Assembly (NCBI GenBank): GCA_001179505.1
Contig: CDMY01001064.1
Span: 151,499-215,498 of the forward strand
DNA from: Vitrella brassicaformis CCMP3155
Taxonomy: Eukaryota; Protista; Chromerida
DNA length: 64,000 nt
Reading direction: 5' to 3'
A model generated the notes under the pieces. It searched no databases. It was not told the origin of the DNA and saw nothing but the letters and a program-made list of their open reading frames with translations. A program made the translations under genes and the position numbers. Of this stretch, positions 51,001 through 61,526 are shown one piece after another. Each line of letters opens with the position of its first letter. The stretch's first letter is position 1.

Positions 51001-51391
51001 GCAGATGCCTGTGCATCCGCGAGACAAGATGCACACCTTCTGCTTAGCCGAGACGTTCAAGTACCTGCTATTGCTCTTCTCGCCCCGCCGCACCCTGCCC
51101 CTCGACCGCTTCGTCCTCAACACCGAGGCCCACCCGCTGCCCATCATGGACAATCCCACACCAGGGGGCAAGTGCGGCAGAATCGCACGGATGATGAGAC
51201 ACACCACCGGCACCACCGGCACCGACGCCGTCGTATCCCTCAAGGCACCGCCCATGCTGGCCCAGCTGCTCGACAAGCATGCCGGCAAGATCAGAGGCGC
51301 CAGCGGGTCACGCCATGGTGACACAGAGAGAACGTCGACAGGGCAGGCGGCACTGAGGGGAGGCCGTAGGGTGGGGGATGTTGGCCCTTGA
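48100..51391 (+). CDS. class I alpha-1,2-mannosidase, glycoside hydrolase family 47, type II membrane anchor
   Basis: [25 protein letters not shown], then [78 protein letters not shown] and NTEAHP. Confidence 0.95.
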
Positions 51392-52307
51392 TTGCAGACA
51401 CACACACGGATTGCAGCCAACGATAGATGGATGGAGGGTGCGTGAGAGGGGTGTGTTATGTGTGTGTGACCGTTTTTCCATTCTGTGATACCAAGAGTGA
51501 GTGCATCACTCAGCTAGCTGCACAGCACAGTGCCGGCTGGCCGCATTGAGTGATGGACGGACGGACGGATGGATGGATGGATGAACATGGGCGGGCGAGT
51601 GCATTTTGGAGTCCAGTTTGTGTCTGCGTCTGTCTCTCTCTCTCTGTCTGTGTGTCTCTCCATGAGTGTGTGTCCCCGGGGCGCGGCGCCTGTGTTTCAG
51701 TTGTATGAGTATGATCCATGGACATTTGTCACCGCGTGTTGACTCGATCCCTTCCCTTGCAGACGTGCACTGCGTGTTCCGTGTGTGCGATGAATGAATG
51801 CGTGAATGAATGAAATCATATTTGTACGCGACGCCGCCCAGGGAGGGAGGGAGGGAGGAATGACAGTCACTGCAGTACACCACACCACAGCCCGCCTGCC
51901 TCAGTTTAATTAGCGCTGCATCACATCAACGATGGATGCATCGAGGTGGCGTCTCTCTGTCCCACCATGCAGCCAGCTATTACGAGTTATCAACGGCACA
52001 CAACACACACACATCCACCCACATGTGGCCGGCCGCCTGTTTGCCCTGGTGCCAGCGCCTTCCCCAGCAGCCCTCCATCACTGGCGGTGAGGACCAGTGA
52101 GAGAGAGCAGCTGAAGCAGGTTCCCCCAGAGCAAATAGGCGGCCGATCAGCCCACCACCCGCACTCAGCGATAGACAGTGAAAACTGCAAAGACAAAGGC
52201 TCATTGCAGCATGAACGAACAGGTACATAGTCCTTCCACCCCTCCCGCGAACCCTCCCCTCTCTCCCACCACACCACACCGCCCCGCCCACAGAGACCCC
52301 CGGTCAG

Positions 52308-52742
52308 TCAGCCGCCGACTTTGGGTATGTCGAAGTGCTCGCTCAGCTGTCCCAGCTGCTCGTTGAACTTCTCGATTCGCTGCCTGTGGCTGAGCTCGAT
52401 GCGCTTGTCCGCCCGGTCCTTGGCCCGCTTCTCCTGCGCCAGTGCAAAGGCCTTCTCAGCCTCGGTGCGGGTGTCCTCCTCCTCCTCGTCATCGATGGCC
52501 GGCGGCCGCTCCACGTCCTTGGCGGCGTTGGTGGTCCCCTCCCCCTCGTGCTTCTTGTCCTGGTGCTGCTCGTCCTGATCCTCGTCTCGGTCCTGGTCTC
52601 GGTGTTGCCTGTCGGTGTCCTGCTGTTGTGAGATCTCCTCCGCCTTGCGCTTCTTCTTCTTCTTGCCCTTCACGGCCAGCTCGCCGCCCTTGAGCTTCAG
52701 CCCTTTCCGCACCACGCCGTCCGTGTACACGCTATCAGACAT
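52308..52742 (-). CDS. FAM32A: FAM32A (DUF1754) spliceosome-associated protein, intronless
   Basis: GLKLKGG...KKKKKRK, RTEAEKAF...QEKR, SHRQRIEKFNEQLGQLSEHFDIPKV match the recalled FAM32A consensus (LKLKG...RT.A...F...H+.RVE.FN..L..L.EHYDIPKV). Confidence 0.9.
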   Translation of the reverse strand: MSDSVYTDGVVRKGLKLKGGELAVKGKKKKKRKAEEISQQQDTDRQHRDQDRDEDQDEQHQDKKHEGEGTTNAAKDVERPPAIDDEEEEDTRTEAEKAFALAQEKRAKDRADKRIELSHRQRIEKFNEQLGQLSEHFDIPKVGG

Positions 52743-52796
52743 CCTCCCTACCTAGGTACCTGCCTGCCTCCCTGCTGCCAGTGGTCGCGCCGTGGT

Positions 52797-52907
52797 CTAC
52801 TCGACGAGGTCCTTTGGCGGGTCGGAGGCCACGTAGTGGAAGAAGAAGATGAGCACCATTACGGCAGCTCCTATCAGGTTCACACCAAGATACACCTCGT
52901 ACTCCAT
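52797..52907 (-). CDS. OST4: oligosaccharyltransferase subunit OST4 (36 aa); 5'-UTR intron 52913-52979
   Basis: MEYEVYLGVNLIGAAVMVLIFFFHYVASDPPKDLVE matches the OST4 size and pattern (N.LG, single TM, YHY/FHYV). The upstream AAG|GTACGA...GTCAG intron ends 5 nt before the ATG. Confidence 0.8.
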   Translation of the reverse strand: MEYEVYLGVNLIGAAVMVLIFFFHYVASDPPKDLVE

Positions 52908-53216
52908 CACGGCTGACAACACAGCGAAACGAAAGATCAGACCATCTCTGTCTGTGTGCGCAGCAACGTTCTCTCGTACCTTTCGTTTCTTCTCCGGATG
53001 GAGGCAAGCTCGCGATGGCTTCAAGCTCTCTCGCGAAACCGCTGCCTTCGTTGAAATGAAAGGGGGCTGGTCGCGTAGCCCTGACGCTTGTCATCAATGC
53101 CACTGTGTAGTTTCAGGCGGCTCTTCCACCAGAATGATGTCCGGCTGCATCCCTCGCTCTGCCACACATGAATCAGTCATGTGGGTGACCCGCCTGCGTC
53201 AACGGGCGCCGAAACC

Positions 53217-55014
53217 ATGCGTGCGTCGAGGCAACTGGCTGCGTTGAGGTCAGGGGCCGTGTTGCTGCTGCTGGCCTTCTCGCTCCTTCTCGGCTTCTTT
53301 GAGGCTCAACGACTCGTCCAGCTCATGTTTGGCGTGGCTTTCGGCATCATCCTGTCGGCATCTTCTCTCAGCTTCACCATGCCATTCAGGCAAGAAACAC
53401 ATGAAAATGCATCAGATCCGCAGTGCAGCGGTCGACTCCTGTGCGTGGTGAGTGTATTGCAGGCATGTTGCGCAGGGCTCTCTCAGCGCTCTCCGGCCTC
53501 TGTTACATCTGATCTTGATCAGCTCAACACTCTTTGCCTTGTTTGCTGCACTGGCTGGCCTGGAGGGGGGCAAGAGCGGCCATCTCTTCTCGACGCATCA
53601 CCTCGTCGGCTCGTTCATGTTTGGTGCCGGTATGCAGTTTGGAGGAGGTTGTGGCAGTGGGGTGCTGTACACGGCTGCAGCGGGGTCAGCCAAGGCGGTC
53701 GTCACTCTGGTGTTCTTCATTGTCGGGAGTGTCCTTGGCGCCTGGAGTAAAGAGCGATGGAGTGCTCTGTCGTCGGCAGTGTGGGTCAACTGGCCTGATG
53801 CCATCCTCTACCAGTGGCTGCTTATCGTGGGTTTCATCGGCATTGCCTACGTGGCCACCCATCTCACTCTCCCGCATGTGGCCGGCAAGGACAGCAAGAA
53901 GACACGGAGGGAGGGCAGCATGACCACGAGCAGCGACCTGTTTGTCGATGGGGGTGAGATTCCGGTCCTGTGCTGCTGTCCCTGGCTGTCGCGAAGATCG
54001 GTTGCCGAGTGGCGGAATGGGTGGTGGAAGATGCCGCTGACGAGGGGACGCGCCATTCTCTTGATCGGCGTGCTCAATCCTGTGATGGTTCTGGTGTCCG
54101 GTGGGGCGTGGGGCATCACCTATGCCTATGCTCTATGGGGTTCTCTTATCATCCCCCTCTTCGGTGGTCAGCCATGCGGATGGGGCTTCTTTGGCGCGTC
54201 TTGTCCCGGCCGGCCGCAGCCCATCGAGGGCCTCACACACCCCATAGCGGCCTCTGACTTCGGGGTGTTCTGCGGCTCCCTCATTGCTGCTCTCTTCATC
54301 ACCACGCCGACAGTCGAGACGGCCGACGCATCCACTGGGAAGCAGAGCCTCACATCAGACGACCGAGCCGGCGAGTCAAGCAGCGGGAACGATTCGCTTG
54401 ATGTGGCTGCAACGGCTGATCAGAGAGACCAGGACTCGGTCGACGGGGAGGCCGACCGACCCAACGCAGGCGATACAAGTGCATCGGTGGAGGCCCGCTC
54501 AGCAGCTGCTAAGGTGGCCTCTCGCCAAGTGGCCGTTTCCATCCCATCGGACAAATCAGCAGTAATGTGCGAATCGACACCCAAGTTCATCAGCAGCTGG
54601 CGGGAGTCATGGCGGTCCATTCGGGAGTCGCCATCGTCCTTGCTCTACAATGTGGCTGGAGGGCTCATGATGGGGCAAGGGGCACGCATGGCAGGTACAC
54701 TGACCAGCACAGGGAGGAACACGTGGATGGATGGATGGATTGGGTCTGCAGGCGGATGCAACATCGGGGGCTTCTTCTCCACAGTAACTGTTCTCGACTT
54801 CCGAGGCTTCATCTGGGCCATGGTAGGCTGTCTGACAGACATCTCACTTACAGGCCTGCCTTCTCCTCCATCTCGTGCCTCTGAGGTTGGTGCGTGTGAT
54901 GTCTTCAGAGCGCATTGCTCGGTGCGTGTCTTGCCCTGTTTATAGTGTCTCTCAACCGGCGGATTTGGGATGGCTGGCAGCACCGCAGGAAGGCCAGTGC
55001 GGGTGAGACCGTGA
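53217..55014 (+). CDS. YeeE/YedE (TsuA-like) thiosulfate/sulfur-compound transporter, 4 exons
   Basis: Multi-TM protein with LVGSFMFGAGMQFGGGCGSGVLY, WGITYAYALWG, DFGVFCGSLIAA and GGLMMGQGARMA|GGCNIGGFFS (the two conserved Cys motifs of the family). Confidence 0.85.
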
Positions 55015-55365
55015 TGGTGGATAGAGTGAGGGGGGCGTGATGGTGATGGAGCGAGCAATGCTGAGCTGATGGATGGGCAGCATGTGTGTGGGATGGCTGG
55101 TGTTGAGCTATACATAGTCAGAGTGGTGCACTGAGGGAAGTCATGGTTCGTGCGCTGCGCTGTGTACATTGCGTATGTGCAGTGCAGCCTGTGCATATAT
55201 GTGGCCGAGAGGCTCCGATACGGCGGCCCTCGTTCAAACTACTTACGTCTGTCTGTTAGAATGTCTGAATGCAATGCATTCACCCGTTCCATCATCCACC
55301 CACCATATATACAACCAGGCCAGGCAACACTATCCCTCTACACGACACGCCCCTTAATTAATCAA

Positions 55366-56538
55366 CTAGCGTAAGTTGTCACCTCCCCCACTCTCTCCCC
55401 ACAGAGGGCTGGCGTCTTGCACCCTCCCCACCTCCACCCCTAGAAACAGCACCAGCAGCAGCTCCCTCACCCGCTGACTCGGCTGGCTCTCTCGACCCTT
55501 CACCGATGGTGGTGGTGGTGGCGGCGGTGGTGGCTTCACCAGCCGCGGCAATGCTCTCGGCCTCGCTGCGTATGGCATCATACGACACACACCATGACTG
55601 CACACACACAGGGAGGGATGAGACCAGCACCCACACATCACGGCAGACAACGTGTCGTGTGTTAGCGGTGCCCACCGTGTCCTGGCGATATTTTACCCAT
55701 AGCACAGGGGAGATAAACGGTTTGACGAAGCAGTGCAAATGCAGGTGATCCACGGAATGCCATGGCGGCGCGTGGAAACTGAACTGGAGGCGGTCGTCGA
55801 AGGGCGTCCCCGCCATCGAATCATGCGACCGACTCCCCTTCTTCCTGGTTCGCGTCTTTGCAAACTCGTCAGCTGCCACCTGCTGCCCCACTCGCCTCAT
55901 GTGGTCGAGGAGGGGCACATGGGAGCTGTCGAGCGTCCGACAGTTTCTGATGTGCTTCTTCGGACAGACCTGAGGGAAAAATTGCATACACACAAGGCTG
56001 TTTGTGTGGCTGCATGTGGTGGTGCCTGCTCACCAGTATGTGGACGAGAGAAGCAGGCTCTCGTGGAGCAAAGGAGATCACAGACTCATCTGCAGCAGAC
56101 ACAGACAGACAGACAGACAGCAACGCAGGAACAGCAAGCAAACTGCATCATCCATCACGTAGGTGCTCGTGTGAGAATGTCGTGCGTCACCTTCATAGAG
56201 TACAGATCCCTTCCCATTGGCCGGCAGCTCCTCGCCCGACGCGATCCGGCAGAACACACACTTGAGCACTTCACCATACTCGCCTGCCCACACAACCACA
56301 GGACAGGCAGCCATCCATACGGTCGGTCTTCCATCCACTAATCACCGACTGGCTTACCATACGTCACGCTTTTGTAGAGGCCGACAGGCTGGAAGATCGG
56401 CTGCCTCGGCAGCAATCGCATGGGGCCTTCGAAACAGAGCCTGGCAGTGCTTCTCTTGGACCAGGTGCTGGTTGATTGTTCAATCGACGACACCACAAAG
56501 ACGATGATGGCGAGAGCATGGGACAGGTCCCATAGCAT
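55366..56538 (-). CDS. HIT-family hydrolase (HINT3/aprataxin-like) with N-terminal leader
   Basis: CVFCRIA, PREPASLVH|ILVCPKKHI, FHAPPWHSVDHLHLH (HIT motif). The first exon MLWDLSHALAIIVFVVSSIEQ joins via G|GTAAGC...TTAG|TG. Confidence 0.85.
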
Positions 56539-56629
56539 TCCCCTCTTCTCTCTTTGTTCTTAGCTCGCGCTTTGGTGGGATCGGAAGGGAAAGAGAGCCG
56601 ATTTCGAAGCGGCTGATAGGTGGACTCAA

Positions 56630-57967
56630 ATGCCGCAGTCCCAATGCCACCAACAGAATTTGAGATCTTCCATCGATATCGCTGAAGTAGAGATGGGCGT
56701 CATGCCTGCAGAAGAGATGGGCAGTGGCAATAAGACGGCACGACCAGGGGCTCCACCATTGCTGAAGAGCTACCGCTGGCCTTGGTACGAGCTGCTCCTC
56801 TACGGCAGCGTCATAGCCGCGGCATTCCCTTATGTGTGCTGGATTGGCTACAGCTACTCCAACAAGCTGGAGCTGTGGCAGCTGGATGACCTGGGCATAC
56901 TGCCCGGCTGGATAGGCCAGCGGCACATCGACATGTACGACTTCCAGTGGGAGGGAATCCGCAATGCACTGCCCATTCTCACTCTCGGGGCCATGGCACA
57001 CGTCGGCGGCAGCCGGCTGCTGAGGGTCTATCTGGCATCGACTCGGGAGGAGGGTGGTGATGATGGCGGTGCGGAGAGGGACGCGCCCCTTCTTGCCTAC
57101 CACCTGCTGTTTGGGATGGTGTATGTGTGCTATCTGCATGGTTGCGGCACCTTCTGGCTGCTCTCCCTGGTGCTGGTCAACTTCTGCATCAGCCGCCTGT
57201 GTGCGGCAGGCCACTCACTCGGCCCCGCCCTCACATGGCTATTCAATGTGACCATCCTCCTGACCAATGACTACTTCGCCGGCTACCGATTTGAGTGGAT
57301 CCATCCGCGGCTCGGTGCGCTGGACCAGGAGCCCTTCATCGGCGTGTCTCGGTGGCATGTGCACTTCCCCATGGTGACGCTGAAGCTGATATCGTTCAAC
57401 ATGGACCTCTACTGGGCCGTCACGCGCAGGAAGTCGCCATTGCACGGGAGAGATGAGTTCCTGTCTTACCGATATCGGCAGGAGACCCACCAGCCGATGG
57501 CCGCCTACTCGACACTCGCGTACCTCTCGTATGTGCTGTACCCGCCTCTCTACCTTGCAGGGCCTACTGCGTCTTTCAACGCATGGAGGTCACACATGCA
57601 CGTCAACACGCCGCAGGTCGCCTACTCACCGATGCAAATCGGGCTGTATGGGCTTCGTTGGCTGGGGAACTTGCTGTGTTTCGAGGTCTTTCTGCACTTC
57701 AACTATGCGAATGCGATCGCGTCGAGTGTGTACGACTGGTTCTGGCGGAGGCTGAGCGTGGCTGAGTTGGGCCTCTGTGCCTTCTGGACGCTGTTCTTCA
57801 TCTGGATGAAGTTCCTGCTCATCTGGCGCTACTTCCTCCTGTGGGCGCTGTGCGATGGGGTGGAATGCCCGGAGAACATGAACAGATGCGTATACAACAA
57901 CTACAGGTGCCTGTGTCTCGTGTGACTGACTCACCGACAGACACCCTTGGTCGTCTCTGTGTGTGTG

Positions 57968-58003
<36 letters not shown>

Positions 58004-58640
58004 GCACAGAGCAATTTTGGCGCAGCTGGCACCGGGCCTTCAACCAGTGGTTGCTGCGGTACATATACTTCCCTTTGGGAGGCTCGGCCTACAAGCTGGT
58101 CAATGTGTGGGTGGTATTCCTGTACGTGGCCGTATGGCACGACGTGCGGTGGCGGCTCTTGAGCTGGGCGGCACTCGTGTGCGTCATCATCGCACCAGAG
58201 ATCCTCGTACGCATGCTCGCCGCCACTAAACCCATCGCACCCATGCAGACGAACAAGTGAGAAAGGGCTGGCACACATGTGCTCATGTGCGTATTCGCGT
58301 ATTGTCATGTGGCTGTCTCTCCGTGTGTGTCAGTTGGTTTCGGTATGTGATCGCGGTCGGGGGGTCGTTCAACGTGTTTCTGCTCATCGCCGCCAATCTC
58401 GTGGGCTTCTCGTTCGGTCAGAGACGCTGAAGACACACGTGCAGATGCCCTGTGTGTGTCTGTGTCTGTGTTGATGCCTCTGCTGTTGTGTCTGCAGGCT
58501 TGGAGGGCCTGAAGCTGTTCATATCTCGCCTGTTCGGCTCGCGTGAGGGCGTGTGGTTCATGTGGGGGTCGTTTGTGACTGTGTTTAGCGGTGTCAATCT
58601 GCAGCTGTGGATCAGATCGAGGCAGCACACCAACTACTGA
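56630..58640 (+). CDS. MBOAT-family O-acyltransferase, GUP1/HHAT-like, about 4 exons
   Basis: MYDFQWEGIR, LKLISFNMD, YVLYPPLYLAGPTASFNAW, PENMNRCVYNNY, FWRSWHRAFNQWLLRYIYFPLGG, VFLYVAVWHD. Confidence 0.93.
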
Positions 58641-59042
58641 CGTCATTGCGCGTATAGAGGATGCGCCTGTCTGTGTGTCTGGCTTGGTGTACGTGTTGTG
58701 CAAATGGCTGCGTGTACATAGCGGGACTGCAAGTGTCTCTCCTCGTCATGAAATGTGTCTCACGCACACGGGCATAAAGTTGCCAACAAATGGTGTCGCT
58801 CCCCTCTGTCTGCATGTCTAGATGTCGCCTTCAGAGCTCTAACACGCACATCGACAGAGCGCACACACACACATACACACACACGGATGTCATAAACAGA
58901 CAGCATCAATCACTTAATATGACGTGCACTAAACGGCTTCCTTCCTGCCGCTGACACATGAGCTGACCAAGGCGCCCCTCCTCTCAGCTCTCCAGCAGCA
59001 GCAAGCATGCCAGTGCTGTGTGGGTCAGCAATTACCCCTCCG

Positions 59043-60447
59043 TCATTCCGTGAAGCACACCGGTCTCCAATCACCCCTCATTGCATTCACGGGAAGCGTC
59101 TTGCCGATCGGCGGCTTCCCGTCCGCAGTGTACCACCGATACTGTGGGTTTTTCCAACGGCCACTCCATTGGTGAATGAGGTAGATGTCGGGGTGGCTGC
59201 AGTTGCACGTCGCACTGGAGTGGGGCTGCATCGGCGCGAATGCGTTGACGTTCAGCAGGCGGACGTCACCAACCTGGTGATCCCGCGGAGGCTGAAATGA
59301 ATGTCCCTCGATGATCGTCTTTTTCCCCATACCTGCACCCGCAGCAAAAGTGCATCCATCGTCAGACGCACACCGTCTCAATGAGGTGTTTCGCTGACCG
59401 AATGTGTACATGTACTCCAAGATAGCATCTGTCCACACGACCGGCCCAGTGAGAAAGACGGCATCTTTGTCTGAGGAGCCGGCGGCCTTGATCTCTTCCA
59501 CTTGGGCTCGTATCTTGTTGATGGTCAGCAACGGTATCGTGTGTCGAGGTGCGAAGGCAAAGCTCCACTGCAAACGCATCAGAAGACTTTCGTGTACCGC
59601 AGCCTGTTCCGGCCTACTTGTGCAAACTGCAGGTAACTTTGGTCAGCCTTCTCCACACCAATCAATCCTGTACAGACAGACACAAACCCACGCGAGGCAG
59701 AAAGAATCCTTGACGCGCTCTTTCACGCGTCAGCTAAATTGTATGACAATCCTCACCTCTCGTCTTGCCCTCATCGATCAGCTCGTCCATGGGCCGCCGA
59801 CAGTCAATGTCCGTGTCGATGAAGAGGCCACCGCGGTCGTACACGATGAGATAAGACCACAGGTCCTGCAGAACAACATGCCAGGCGGCTGCACCCAAGC
59901 TACACAATCAATCACTCAATGAATGGACGCCCATACCTTCTGCTCGATGGTATTCTTGAGGTAGCTCCATACACCCAGCAGCTCTGGGAACGTCTCTTTC
60001 ACATACGAATGGATCTCGCTGTCGCCAAACAGATGAAAGGTCCAGCCGGGATTGACTCTCTCACACTTGGCCAGATTCTCCCGCTCCCAGTGCATCATGT
60101 AGTCTTTGTCGCGGGTCGTCAAGAACACCTACAGCCGACAACAAGACCGCCAAACAAGTGACCAAGTCACCTCTCCGAGTCGCATCATCATCGGGTGGTC
60201 GCTTGTGCGTTACCTGGCGAGGAATAGATGGCTGCTGCAAGGTGCAGTTCTGGCGGGCCCCTCTGTCCTTAAGTAGGACCTCGCCACGCAGGCTGCCGAG
60301 TAGCTGAGTGGCATTGAGCTCCTGCAACGCAACGCCAGAGACCTCGGGTTCAGGCGGCCTCCAGAGACCGACCAGCGTCAGACTCAACAGAGGAGTGAAC
60401 AAGCAGGCAAGGCGGACAGGCAGCGCTGCCTTCCGCAGGCTGACCAT
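59043..60447 (-). CDS. glycosyltransferase family 32 (OCH1/SUR1-like, DxD), type II membrane protein, about 5 exons
   Basis: TM RLACLFTPLLSLTLVGLW, NPGWTFHLFGD, DLWSYLIVYDRGGLFIDTD, QWSFAFAPRH, VFLTGPVVWTDAI, HQWSGRWK. Confidence 0.9.
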
Positions 60448-60499
60448 CCGACCAACTGTTGAGAACCAATCAGGCTGTCAACGCCAACGGCGAATTTAC

Positions 60500-61460
60500 A
60501 TGTATGTACAAGAAAAGGCGGTGTCCCACTACAGCCACGTCTCATTCGCCCTCCGCCATCGCCCAACCACGCGTGTGTGGCACCTCCACTTCCGCCTCTT
60601 CCCTGATGGCCTCTCATTCCGCTACTCTCTGCCCGCAATCAACGCGACATACGAGCCCCGCCATGTGATTCAGGAGACTTCACACTTTTTCTTCCCCTTC
60701 ACGGCCGACGATGCGGCGTGGTTTTTCGAACGCGACAAACTCAGCCATTATGAGTTGCTCTCGTACGCCGGCGTCTTTCGGACGGCTCCGGCCAGCTCTC
60801 TCTCGTCTTGCCCGAGGAGTAGAGGGCCCTTGTACGGCGCACCGCTCATCTTCCATGATGTCTCGGCGGGTGCCGGCCCTTTCCCCTATCGGCTGCTGAC
60901 CGAAGCTGCCCTGTATGAATACCCGGGGATGCGCTATACGGTTCTCCCCGACAACAACACATTTCGTGCCGATCTCGATGAGACTGTCACTCTTTCCCTC
61001 CCACTTCCCACCCCATGGCGCGTCATCCTCCTCGCCCGCACACTCGACGAGCTGATCAACAGTGACGTCATCGCGTCGCTGAACCCCGCACCCGACCCCG
61101 ACCTCTTCCCTTCTTACTACTTCTTACCTATCCTACGCCAAGCCAGGTCGCTCCGTGTGGCGATGGTGGCGCTATAACACGGGCATGCCAGAGGAAGAGA
61201 ACCAGTACATTGACGGTGCGGCCGGCCTGGGCTTCGAATACACGACGATCGACGACGGCTGGGCGGACTGGCCTGACAAGTGGGCCACGATGAAGGCGGT
61301 CTGCGACTATGGACGCGAGAAGGGGGTCGGGGTCATGCTGTTGGAGGACTGTGCCGGGGTCGAGGATACAGCGGATGACTACGCCGACCTCACAATGTTT
61401 CTCGACAATGTCAAGACGACAGGAGTTGTCGGTGTCAAGTTCGACTTTTTCAACAAGTGA
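60500..61460 (+). pseudogene. intronless glycoside hydrolase family 97 fragment, frameshifted at 61110-61129 and stopped at 61458
   Basis: FRLFPDGLSFRY, TPWRVILLARTLDELINSDVIASLNPAP, then in the +1 frame YAKPGRSVWRWW, YIDGAAGLGFEYTTIDDGW, GVVGVKFDF. These match recalled bacterial GH97 motifs. The C-terminal catalytic region is absent. Confidence 0.75.
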
Positions 61461-61526
61461 GGCAAATCGCAGACAGTCATCCCCCCAGCCGCCCTGCTCA
61501 CGAAATCCGAGCAGCTCATTGTCAAG

